From: Clostridia bacterium
Lineage (GTDB): Bacteria; Bacillota; Clostridia; TANB77; CAG-508
Reading direction: 5' to 3'
Assembly: GCA_017434295.1 (NCBI GenBank)
Contig: JAFRFO010000086.1
Location: 1 to 41,363 of the forward strand
Length of the DNA: 41,363 bases
How positions within the stretch are numbered: the first letter of the stretch is position 1; each line of letters begins with the position of its first letter. Shown here in pieces: positions 24,812 through 33,631 of this stretch. A program made the translations under genes and the position numbers. The notes beneath the pieces were generated by a model. The model ran no database searches. It had not been told where the DNA came from and worked only from the letters and a program-made list of their open reading frames with translations.

Positions 24812-25937
24812 TTAATTATTTAATAATTTTTTAATTTTTTCTATAATAATATCATTATTATATTTTTCTTCTATTTCTTGATTTTCAACCTTTTTATTGT
24901 CTTGAATTATTTGTTTTAATCCTTCAAAAATACTTTCTTCGTTATTTTCTAATATGGTACTTTTTGGATAATTTTCTACTGTTTCTCTAGCTGCTGTATC
25001 CGTTATAATAATTGATTTATTTAATATTTTTGCTTCTACTAATACCATTGGATATCCTTCAAAATTAGATAGTAAGCAGAAATAATCAGCTTCTTTAATA
25101 TAAGGATATGGATTTTCTTTTTTGCCTAAAAGATGAAATGTATCGTTTATTTTATTGTCATCTATCATTTTTTGTAATTTTTCTTTTTCTGGTCCATCTC
25201 CAATTACATACATTTGATGTGATATATTTTCTTCTATTAATCTCTTGTGAACTCTTATTAATCTATCAATTGCTTTTTGTGGTACTAGCCTAGCTACTGT
25301 AACAATATTAATATTGTTAGAATCAAATCTTATTTCTGGCTGTTCCTCTGCTTTATTTAATACTTTTTCTTTATCTATATAATTAAAAATTACTTCTTTT
25401 TTTACTAGTTCCAAATATTTATTTCTAATTTCTTTATAAACTTGTTTGAATTTTCTCATGTTGTCTTTACTAACAAACACAATAGTTTCGTATTTTGAAT
25501 ATATTTTTTTGTCTATATATTTTTTTATTTTTGATTTTAAACCATTTCCAAACACTAGTGAAATATCATTATGTACCCATACTATTTTTCTTGTTTTTTT
25601 ATTTTTACAACTTATTAATCTTGTAACCGGTCCTTCAAGAAAGGCAATTTCAACATCATAATCTGCTTTAATATATTTTTTATAAATTCCATTTTTATTT
25701 AATAATACTTTTAATGGAATTATTTTTTTCTCAAATTTTCCGCAATTCAGTATACTGTTTATTATATAATGATTTTAGTTTTACTTTTTCTGATAACTGC
25801 TTTTCTAACTCTCCACCAGAATATATTGTGAAAATTGTAATATCATATTCATTACATAATTTATTTGCAATGTCTACTAATACTCTCTCTGCTCCACCAA
25901 GTGTTAAACTAGTTATTCCAAATAATATTTTTTTCAT
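24812..25937 (-). pseudogene. GT4 (GT-B) glycosyltransferase with a single-base frameshift
   Basis: The N-terminal ORF 25731..25937 (MKKILFGITSLTLGGAERV..) and the C-terminal frame (..IAFLEGPVTRLIS..VWVHNDISLVFGNG.. to 24812, with EGYPMVLVEAKILNKSIIITD) overlap between 25731 and 25774. Removing one base, most simply from the A4T3 run at 25733-25739, gives a continuous 374-aa GT4. Confidence 0.8.
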
Positions 25938-27368
25938 TTAATTCTCCTTGTTTAAGTTCTTTGTTTTATCAAACAATAATGCGCATATTACAACAATTAT
26001 TAATGCAGATGATTGATTAAAGAATGTGTAACCTGATAAAAATGATAATGCAAATGCAAATCCACAGCCTAAGAATAGTCTAACGAATTCGGCATCTATA
26101 TTTTTAATATTTTTAATTTCTTTAATTAATGCATATAAGAAAATAGCAATAAACGGTCCTAAATATAGTGCAAATCCAAATACACCAAAATTTAATAATA
26201 TTGCTGGTACTTCCATTTCAAATACTAATTCATAAAAGTTTAATACATAACCATTTCCAAATATTATTAACAATGGATTTTTTTGATTTTTTACTAAAGC
26301 CATATTATATATTAATTGTTGCATTCTTCGGTCAGTATTTTTTAAATTTATTTCATTTGCTTTGTTATACAAATCTATAACGGATTGTTTTTGAGCCTCA
26401 TCCATGTAACCTTCTTCTAATGTTCCATTTTCTATTTTTTTGGCAATATTTAATAAATCTCCTGTAATATGTGATTGTTGATTTTTTTCTTTATCAATTA
26501 TCGTTTGCTCTTTTTCTTTTAAATCGTTTCGTCTTTTTAATGTTGTTGAGCCAAATATTGTTACTGCTCCAACAATTGCAATTATTGCAATAATCCCTAT
26601 TATTGTTACTTTCTTATTTATTTTTTTACTTTTAAATAATTCTTGTATTATCTCTGAAACAATATATAATGTAAATACTAATATGAAACCAAATAATCCT
26701 ACTCTTGTCCCAACATACATTGTTAAGAAAATTCCTATCAATATAGTAATTATTCCTACTCCAATTTTATATTTTTTATCTTTTAACAATGGTAAAAAAC
26801 AAAACATAGATAATAATAAAATTGAGCATATACTATTTCCAGATTCAAACCAACCTTTATAGCCTATCTGCTCTTCTAAGTATGTTGCAGAAGAGGTTTT
26901 AGTTATTATTGCAATAAAAATGGAAACAATATATATAGATGCAGCTATAAAAACTGATTTTCTTAGTTTTTCAGTATTTTCACCTTTAAAGAAATATATA
27001 AATAAGAACAAATTAAGAATCATAAAAGAATAATTAACTAAATACTGCATCTCATGTGTTGCATTACTATAACTACTTAAAGTTCGAATTTTATTAAAAC
27101 AATATATATGTATTATGCCATAAGCAATAAAAATTGTTCCTATTATTATTGATTTAATTTTAAACTTTTTATCATTTTTAAAAAACAAATACCCCATTAT
27201 AATAATAGGTATTATTGGTCTAATAAAAGTTGATGGCGAAAGGCTTGTATTAAGCGAGTTTCTAAATATAAAGCTTGCCATGTCTAATATTGGGCATAAT
27301 ACTATAAAAATACATAGTAATGTTTCTGGATTAAATTTTATCTTTTTTGTTTTATTATCTTGTTCCAT
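25938..27368 (-). CDS. O-antigen ligase / polymerase family membrane protein (Wzy-like)
   Basis: 476 aa, at least 10 TM helices, a GTRVGLFGFIL block and a charged loop of about 100 aa (residues about 280-380), as in Wzy/WaaL-type proteins. Confidence 0.65.
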   Translation of the reverse strand: MEQDNKTKKIKFNPETLLCIFIVLCPILDMASFIFRNSLNTSLSPSTFIRPIIPIIIMGYLFFKNDKKFKIKSIIIGTIFIAYGIIHIYCFNKIRTLSSYSNATHEMQYLVNYSFMILNLFLFIYFFKGENTEKLRKSVFIAASIYIVSIFIAIITKTSSATYLEEQIGYKGWFESGNSICSILLLSMFCFLPLLKDKKYKIGVGIITILIGIFLTMYVGTRVGLFGFILVFTLYIVSEIIQELFKSKKINKKVTIIGIIAIIAIVGAVTIFGSTTLKRRNDLKEKEQTIIDKEKNQQSHITGDLLNIAKKIENGTLEEGYMDEAQKQSVIDLYNKANEINLKNTDRRMQQLIYNMALVKNQKNPLLIIFGNGYVLNFYELVFEMEVPAILLNFGVFGFALYLGPFIAIFLYALIKEIKNIKNIDAEFVRLFLGCGFAFALSFLSGYTFFNQSSALIIVVICALLFDKTKNLNKEN

Positions 27369-27454
27369 TTTGATTCCTCGTTTATATTAAAACTAATTGT
27401 TTATATAGTTTGCATATTTTTTACAACTAAAAATTTATTTTTTCAATAATTTCT

Positions 27455-28408
27455 TTAAATACTAAATAATTTTGTATAAATTTTATATGTTGTTTTATTA
27501 ACTGTTTTCATATACATATTCTTTTTGTTTTTTTCTTGATTTAAGATTTTATTTTTCTTCCAATTTGGAAATTTATTATTTAGATTATTCCATGTTAAAT
27601 ATAATAATTTTTTTCTTACTTGTTTATCTTTTATCTTGCATATTCTTAGTAATGAACTACATAGTATTATTCTTGCATAAGTATATTCAAGTTCTGTTTC
27701 ATATTCTTTATAAATACCTTTTTCTTTATAAAAAGATACAATATGATCTAATATATCAAAGATTTCTTTTGTTCTTTCATTTTGTGTATTTGAAATAGAA
27801 TTACTTCTTTGAATATAATGTACACATGGTTTCTTTAAAAACGATACTTTTTCTAAATACGGTATTAATTTGTATGTAAATTCCAAATCTTCATATCTAT
27901 AACCTTTAGGAAATTCAATTTTTGCTTTTTCTAAAATTTCTTTTTTTATTAGTTTATTCCATGCAACAACCCTAACTTTTTGAGCCATTTCATGCTTTCC
28001 ATTATATATTTCTCCAACATCTATTTTTTGTTTATTTGGGTATTCCCAAATAAAATCACATTCAACCATGTCACTATTATCTTTTATTGCTAATTCATAC
28101 ATATCTTTATACATGTTTTCTTCTACATAATCATCTGAATCCAAAAATGCAATATATTCCCCTTTTGCATAAGGAATACCGAAGTTTCTTGCATCTGATA
28201 ATCCGCCATTTTCCTTTGTTAAATAAACAAACTTATTAGGATTTGCTTCCATATATTTTTTTATTATTTTTTCAGAATTATCTGTTGAACCATCATTTAC
28301 AATTATTACTTCTATATCCTCTAATGTTTGATTTATTAAAGAATCTAGGCATTTTTCTAAATATTTTTCAACATTATAAACTGGTACTATAATACTTACT
28401 TTTGGCAT
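27455..28408 (-). CDS. Family 2 glycosyltransferase (tandem paralogue A)
   Basis: 317 aa. MPKVSIIVPVYNVEKYLEKCLDSLINQT..IIVNDGSTDNS, LDSDDY. Confidence 0.9.
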   Translation of the reverse strand: MPKVSIIVPVYNVEKYLEKCLDSLINQTLEDIEVIIVNDGSTDNSEKIIKKYMEANPNKFVYLTKENGGLSDARNFGIPYAKGEYIAFLDSDDYVEENMYKDMYELAIKDNSDMVECDFIWEYPNKQKIDVGEIYNGKHEMAQKVRVVAWNKLIKKEILEKAKIEFPKGYRYEDLEFTYKLIPYLEKVSFLKKPCVHYIQRSNSISNTQNERTKEIFDILDHIVSFYKEKGIYKEYETELEYTYARIILCSSLLRICKIKDKQVRKKLLYLTWNNLNNKFPNWKKNKILNQEKNKKNMYMKTVNKTTYKIYTKLFSI

Positions 28409-28412
28409 ATTA

Positions 28413-29366
28413 TTACCTCATTTTTAAATATAAATTTATATTATGTTTTAAAATAATTCTCTTTATTCTTTGCTTAAGATTAATAGGTTTTATATTTTTA
28501 TAAACTTTTCTTTCTTTTACTTGTTTTAAATATTCTTGTTTTTCTGGTGCTTTTAGTTCTTCTGCTTTTATTATTAATGTGTTTGTATAATATCTTTTTA
28601 CTAAATCTTTTGTTTTTTCTAAGATTTTATAATCATTTATTTTCTCTATCATATTATCATAATGTGCTAAAACATCTTTTGCTTTTTGTATATTTTTATT
28701 ATAATCCTCATTTCTCATTATGCTATTTTCAGTTTGCATATAATAATAGCCATAAACATTAGTTGATACTACAGTTTTAGCATTAATAATAATAAGAGGA
28801 GTTAGTCCAAAGTCCTCATGATATTTATTTTTTGTATTATATGTAAATTTATTTTCCACAAAAAAATCTCTTCTATACAAATAAATACATGCAACTTCTA
28901 AAAAATTGTCATTTCCTACAAGCTTTTCAAATGCTTCTTCACCTGTACATTTTTCAAAAACTGGTCCTGATAATTTTTCTATTTCTTCTCCATTATTATT
29001 AACTTTTATCATTTTAAATTTAATTAAATCTATTTCATCATCAATATATTGTTCTAGATTTTTGAATAATTGTGAGTCTATATAATCATCAGAATCTAAA
29101 AGCATTATATATTTTCCATTAGCTTTATCAATTCCATAATTTCTAGCACTTGATAATCCACCATTTTCTTTTTTATAGTATTGTATAACAATATCAGTAT
29201 TTTCTTTTATCCAATTATTAATAATATCTTCAGAATTATCTGTTGAACCATCATTTACTATAATTATTTCTAAATCTTTCATTGTTTGATTTTTTACTGA
29301 ATCAAGGCTTTTTTTTATATATTTTCCTGTATTGTAAACAGGTATTATAACACTTACTTTTGGCAT
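28413..29366 (-). CDS. Family 2 glycosyltransferase (tandem paralogue B)
   Basis: 317 aa. MPKVSVIIPVYNTGKYIKKSLDSVKNQT..IIVNDGSTDNS, LDSDDY. Same length as its neighbour. Confidence 0.9.
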   Translation of the reverse strand: MPKVSVIIPVYNTGKYIKKSLDSVKNQTMKDLEIIIVNDGSTDNSEDIINNWIKENTDIVIQYYKKENGGLSSARNYGIDKANGKYIMLLDSDDYIDSQLFKNLEQYIDDEIDLIKFKMIKVNNNGEEIEKLSGPVFEKCTGEEAFEKLVGNDNFLEVACIYLYRRDFFVENKFTYNTKNKYHEDFGLTPLIIINAKTVVSTNVYGYYYMQTENSIMRNEDYNKNIQKAKDVLAHYDNMIEKINDYKILEKTKDLVKRYYTNTLIIKAEELKAPEKQEYLKQVKERKVYKNIKPINLKQRIKRIILKHNINLYLKMR

Positions 29367-29378
29367 ATTATACCCTCT

Positions 29379-30458
29379 TTAAACTAAGCTTTCTATTTTT
29401 TTTATTATTTCATTATTATAACTCTCTGCATCAAATTTTTCTTTTATTTCAAATCCTTTTGTAATGAATAATTTCATCTTTTCATAAATATCTTCAGTTG
29501 TTTTATCTGTTGTATATCCATATTTTCCTTCTATTTCTTCATAATCAGATACTTTAGTAGTAATTATCGGTTTGTTTAATATCATACTTTCTAAAAATAC
29601 AACTGGATATCCTTCATAATCTGATGTTAAAATCACGCAATCTGCTATATTAAAATATGGATATGGATTTTGTTTTCTTCCTAAAAAAATAATTTCTTTT
29701 TGTAAGTTTTCTTTTTCAACCAATTCTTTATATAATTTAGTATCTTCACCATCTCCAACAAGCAATACCTTAAAACTAAAGTTTTCTTTTTTTAATCTAC
29801 TAGATACCTGAATAAGTCTTGTTAATCTTTTAGATAATTCTTCATGTCTTCCAACATTTAAAAAAGTAGGAAGATTTTTTTCTTTTTCTAATTCAATCTT
29901 ATCATGTGATAAATAGTTGATTTTTTTATAATCTATTAGATTATTACAATGTTCAACTTTATCTTTTTCAATTGGAAATACTTTTAAAAAATCTTCTTTT
30001 GCTCTTTTCGAAACAAAAACTAGGTGTTTAAATTTAGTATAGTTTAACATATTAAAAAACTCTTTTACTTTATTTTTATCATTATTAAAATATGTTAAAT
30101 AATTTGTATGAATCCATAATGCTGAATTTTTTGAAGCTGTTCTAGCAACAAATGAACCAACTAAAGAATATGTAGCAAAAGATGCTGCAAAGTCAAATTT
30201 ATTCTTATACTTTAATGTAAAACCTATCCTTTTAAGTAAATTCTTGATTTTTCTAACAAAAATTAATTTATCATCATTTGGTGTATATTCTATAACTTTT
30301 ATTCTAGAATCTAATTCATTCAAAAAAATTCCTTGTTTTTTTTCTAAAACCAAAGTAATATCATATCCTAACTCTTGTAACTTATTTAATAATGTAATTA
30401 ATGCAGTTTCTATTCCACCTATATCTAAAGAATAAGCTTAAAATAAAAGTTTTTTCAT
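29379..30458 (-). pseudogene. GT4 (GT-B) glycosyltransferase with an in-frame TAA at codon 7
   Basis: From the ATG at 30458 the frame reads MKKLLF-TAA-AYSLDIGGIETALITLLNKLQELGYDITLVLEKKQGIF.. and continues into ORF 29379..30353. The TAA is at 30438-30440. The ORF track start is a TTG inside the gene. C-terminal EGYPVVFLESMILNKPIITT motif. Confidence 0.75.
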
Positions 30459-30549
30459 TACTTCACATCCTAATCATTTTATACTCTGTTTATTAATGTC
30501 ACATTAGTACTATTAAATAATAATTTTTAATCACGATAGTACCAATTAT

Positions 30550-31029
30550 CTAATTATTATCAATAAAATCACTTACAATATTAAGTATTTTATTTGTATT
30601 ACTAACAAAATGCTGTGGTTCAAATGTATTTATAGTTTTTATTGCATCTTCCAAATCCGATACATCTTTTATCCCTTTTATAAATCCCTGTCCATCAAAT
30701 GTTTCTATTATTTGAACTTGATGATCATTTACATGTTCGTTATATTTTTTTTGTCTTGGAACTGCAATTATTTTTTTGTTTAGCTTAAGTGATGTAACAA
30801 TTGACCCTACTCCTCCATGACATATAATATAATCTGCATCTTGTATATAATTATTTAATTCTTTTGTAGGAATCAGTCCAAATATTTTCATATTATCTGA
30901 TTCAAACTTTGTGCAACCTGCTTGTACAATTACTTCAGTATTTATTATTTTATTATCTATACATTTTTGAACTTCTTCTAATAATCTATGGAAACTATTA
31001 TTTTGAGTTCCTAACAATACTAAAACCAT
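30550..31029 (-). CDS. PssE/Cps14G-type glycosyltransferase subunit (Alg13-like, GT28 C-terminal domain)
   Basis: 159 aa. VLLGTQNNSFHRLL, ICHGGVGS, AVPRQKKYNEHVNDHQ blocks. Confidence 0.8.
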   Translation of the reverse strand: MVLVLLGTQNNSFHRLLEEVQKCIDNKIINTEVIVQAGCTKFESDNMKIFGLIPTKELNNYIQDADYIICHGGVGSIVTSLKLNKKIIAVPRQKKYNEHVNDHQVQIIETFDGQGFIKGIKDVSDLEDAIKTINTFEPQHFVSNTNKILNIVSDFIDNN

Positions 31030-31499
31030 TAATAAATTGATCCCCCTAACACTGCTTTTGGATATACTTTAAGCAATTCTTCCCACTGAACTATAAATAA
31101 ATCAGCAAATTTATATATAAGCTTTCCTGTGGCCGTTTTTGTATATCTATTTGCAAAGGTTTCTATATAAATTATTTTTCTTCTAAAAATTTTTCCTAAA
31201 ACACACATTGGTCCTGCTGTATGAGTTCCTGTTGTAATAATATATTTAGGTCTTATTTTTATGAATAAAAACACTGTAATAAAGCAATTTATTAAAAACT
31301 GAAAGATATATTTAAACATATGTGCTCTTGTTCCATAAAGCATATAAGATATTTTATCTTTATATTCGTCTTTGAAACTAGCTGTCATTTCATCTTTTTC
31401 AGTTACTATATGATAATCATATTTTTCAAATAATGGTTTTAATTGTAATAATTCACTAAAATGTCCACCAGTACTTGAGATAAACATTACTTTTTTCAT
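31029..31499 (-). CDS. PssD/Cps14F-type glycosyltransferase subunit (Alg14-like membrane partner)
   Basis: 156 aa. ISSTGGHFSELLQL, ITTGTHTAGP, IYIETFAN and FIVQWEEL..YPKA blocks. TAATG overlap with the Alg13-like gene. Confidence 0.8.
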   Translation of the reverse strand: MKKVMFISSTGGHFSELLQLKPLFEKYDYHIVTEKDEMTASFKDEYKDKISYMLYGTRAHMFKYIFQFLINCFITVFLFIKIRPKYIITTGTHTAGPMCVLGKIFRRKIIYIETFANRYTKTATGKLIYKFADLFIVQWEELLKVYPKAVLGGSIY

Positions 31500-31541
31500 A
31501 AAATTTCCCTTCTTTTATAATCTTTAGAAAAATATATTCTT

Positions 31542-32798
31542 CTAATTAGAGTTATATCCTGTTTTATTTACAATCTTTTTACTAATATCTTTAACACTTT
31601 GTGGGACTTCATAATCCTCATCATCAAATAATTCAACATGTAATTGTTTTACGTTTGTTTCAAGAGTTACAGGTATTCCATACCAAGCATCTAAAGTAAT
31701 TCCTTTTGTATCATAAGGCCAACCAACATTTTCTGTAATTTTATATGAACCTAGTTGAAGTGCTAATCCCACAATGCTTCCAGAATCTATATTTGTTTGA
31801 ACTTTTGGAAGAATTTCATCAATCAAATTATTTAAAGCAATTGGATTTAATGATTTTGCTTTTTCAAATGCCTTCATTATAACTGTTCTCATTCTTTCTG
31901 TTCTTTCATAATCACCATTTCCAACTTTTCTTATTCTTCCATAAGTTGTTGCTTGCACACCATCTAAATTATATACTCCAGGTCCTGGAAGTAAGTTTTG
32001 TTTTCTTCCAGTTATTTCAGCAGTTTCTTCTATATATGTATTCATTTCGTCAACTTCATATTTTTTAATTTCTACTTCAATTCCCCCCATTGCATCAATT
32101 GCTGCTGCAACAGATTCAAAGTTTACAGATACAAATTCTGAAATGTTTAAATCTAAATTTTGATTTAAGGTTTTTATTGCAAGCTCTGGTCCTCCATAAG
32201 CATAAGCATGTGTAACTTTAGTTAAGCCATGGCCTTCAACTTGTAAATATGTATCACGATATACTGATATTAAAGAAATTTCCTTAGTTTTTTCATTTAT
32301 ACTTAAAACTATTATTCCATCACTTCTTGAACCAGAATTGTCATTTATATCTCTAGAATCTATTGCAAGTAACGCAATATTTCTGTAACCTTTTTCAACA
32401 TTACTAGATACATCAAGTGTATCTTTATTTATATCTACATAATTGATTTTGCTTAACTTATCTTGAATTAACCAGTATAATGCACCGGCTAATATTGCAA
32501 TAATTAATAACAATATTATTACAATTCGTTTAAATAAACTTCTTTTTTTCTTCTTTTTCTTTTTTGATTTACCATTATTTCTACTATTTGTTGCATTTCT
32601 TCTATTTACGTTTCTATAATCATCATCTAAATCTCTATTTCTTGTGTTTTTATTTTTTAAAGCTCTTGGTATGTCATCACTTGAATGTGTCCTTTTATTC
32701 TTTAAGGCTTTTGGAATATCATTATTTGATTGATAATTGCTTGTTCTATTTTTTTTTCTTAAAGCCTTTGGCAAATCTTCCTCTTGGCTATATTTCAT
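31542..32798 (-). CDS. LytR-CpsA-Psr (LCP) family glycopolymer-to-peptidoglycan ligase
   Basis: 418 aa. Basic cytoplasmic tail, one TM helix, then NIALLAIDSRD...RSDGIIVLSIN..ISLISVYRDTY and HAYAYGG blocks typical of LCP domains. Confidence 0.9.
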   Translation of the reverse strand: MKYSQEEDLPKALRKKNRTSNYQSNNDIPKALKNKRTHSSDDIPRALKNKNTRNRDLDDDYRNVNRRNATNSRNNGKSKKKKKKKRSLFKRIVIILLLIIAILAGALYWLIQDKLSKINYVDINKDTLDVSSNVEKGYRNIALLAIDSRDINDNSGSRSDGIIVLSINEKTKEISLISVYRDTYLQVEGHGLTKVTHAYAYGGPELAIKTLNQNLDLNISEFVSVNFESVAAAIDAMGGIEVEIKKYEVDEMNTYIEETAEITGRKQNLLPGPGVYNLDGVQATTYGRIRKVGNGDYERTERMRTVIMKAFEKAKSLNPIALNNLIDEILPKVQTNIDSGSIVGLALQLGSYKITENVGWPYDTKGITLDAWYGIPVTLETNVKQLHVELFDDEDYEVPQSVKDISKKIVNKTGYNSN

Positions 32799-32996
32799 AA
32801 TTTTTTCCTAATTTTGAATACCATTTTAATTAATTAAATATGATTTTCAAAACTATTATCTCCTTTTATCCTTTATTAACATAAACTAATATATCATATA
32901 CTTTAAAAATTATTTTATAAGAAATGTCAAATATAACATTTTTTTCTACATAAATTTAACTATATTATACCACTTTTGTCAAGTTTTGTAAGATAT

Positions 32997-33025
32997 TTGA
33001 CTAATAATATTTTTAATGATAATAT
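32997..33025 (+). promoter_or_regulatory. Candidate sigmaA promoter for the DUF1064 gene
   Basis: TTGACT (32997-33002), 17 nt, TAATAT (33020-33025), 66 nt upstream of the ATG at 33092. Confidence 0.35.
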
Positions 33026-33091
33026 TTAACAAGAAAATTAAAAAATAATTATAATTTATACATATTAAAAAATGAAAGGATAACTTAAAAA

Positions 33092-33448
33092 ATGGAACAC
33101 TGGAGTATTCAAGATTATAACAATTATCAAAACATTAAAAATATTAAAAAAAGTAAATACAGAGCAAATAAAACTTCGATTGATGGCCATACATTTGATA
33201 GCCAAAAAGAAGCTGAATATTATTGTGAATTAAAACTAAAGCTTCAATCTCATTTAATAAAAGGCTATTGTTTACAACCTATATTTGTTCTTGCACCAGG
33301 TTTAAAATATAAACCGGATTTTATTGTTTTTAACAATGATGGAACATATGAAGTAATTGATGTAAAAGGGTTCAAAACAAAAGAATATATTACTAAGAAA
33401 AAAGTTTTTGAAGATAAGTATAATATGAAAATTATTGAAATTGAGTAA
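33092..33448 (+). CDS. DUF1064 family protein (phage-associated, nuclease-like fold)
   Basis: 118 aa. KYRANKTSIDGHTFDSQKEAEYY..L......I.......F.L.....YKPDFIVFN.DGTYEVIDVKG matches the DUF1064 pattern as I recall it. The only plus-strand gene in the window. Confidence 0.7.
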   Translation: MEHWSIQDYNNYQNIKNIKKSKYRANKTSIDGHTFDSQKEAEYYCELKLKLQSHLIKGYCLQPIFVLAPGLKYKPDFIVFNNDGTYEVIDVKGFKTKEYITKKKVFEDKYNMKIIEIE

Positions 33449-33468
33449 TATCTAGACACTAATAATAT

Positions 33469-33610
33469 AAAGCAAAATATATTGTTTTTTAAAAATCTTG
33501 CTGTCGAAGCCTCCATATTTTAAAATGCTAGTATGTCGGCTTCTTCAACCGCACTTCGCTTTGCTCCGTTTGAGCACTGCGCGATTTTTTAAAACAATAT
33601 ATTTTGCTTT
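33469..33610. repeat. 142-bp element: about 28-bp terminal inverted repeats enclosing an 85-bp GC-richer core with two internal hairpins
   Basis: The left arm is AAAGCAAAATATATTGTTTTTTAAAAATC (33469-33497). The right arm is GATTTTTTAAAACAATATATTTTGCTTT (33583-33610). They are complementary except for a 1-nt length difference in the T/A runs. The core contains GAAGCC/GGCTTC (33506-11 / 33538-43) and the hairpin CGC-TT-TGCTC-CGTTT-GAGCA-CT-GCG (33557-33581). Confidence 0.6.
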
Positions 33611-33631
33611 TTTATACATTTTTTATAGTTC

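Noticed and set aside
33265-33516. Minus-strand 83-aa ORF
   Set aside because: It is antisense to the 3' half of the DUF1064 gene and runs into the inverted-repeat element. Its sequence is low-complexity with no ribosome-binding site.
33500-33582. GC-richer patch as a tRNA or tRNA fragment
   Set aside because: I could not fold it into a cloverleaf. It has no GTTCRANNC T-loop and no acceptor-stem pairing.
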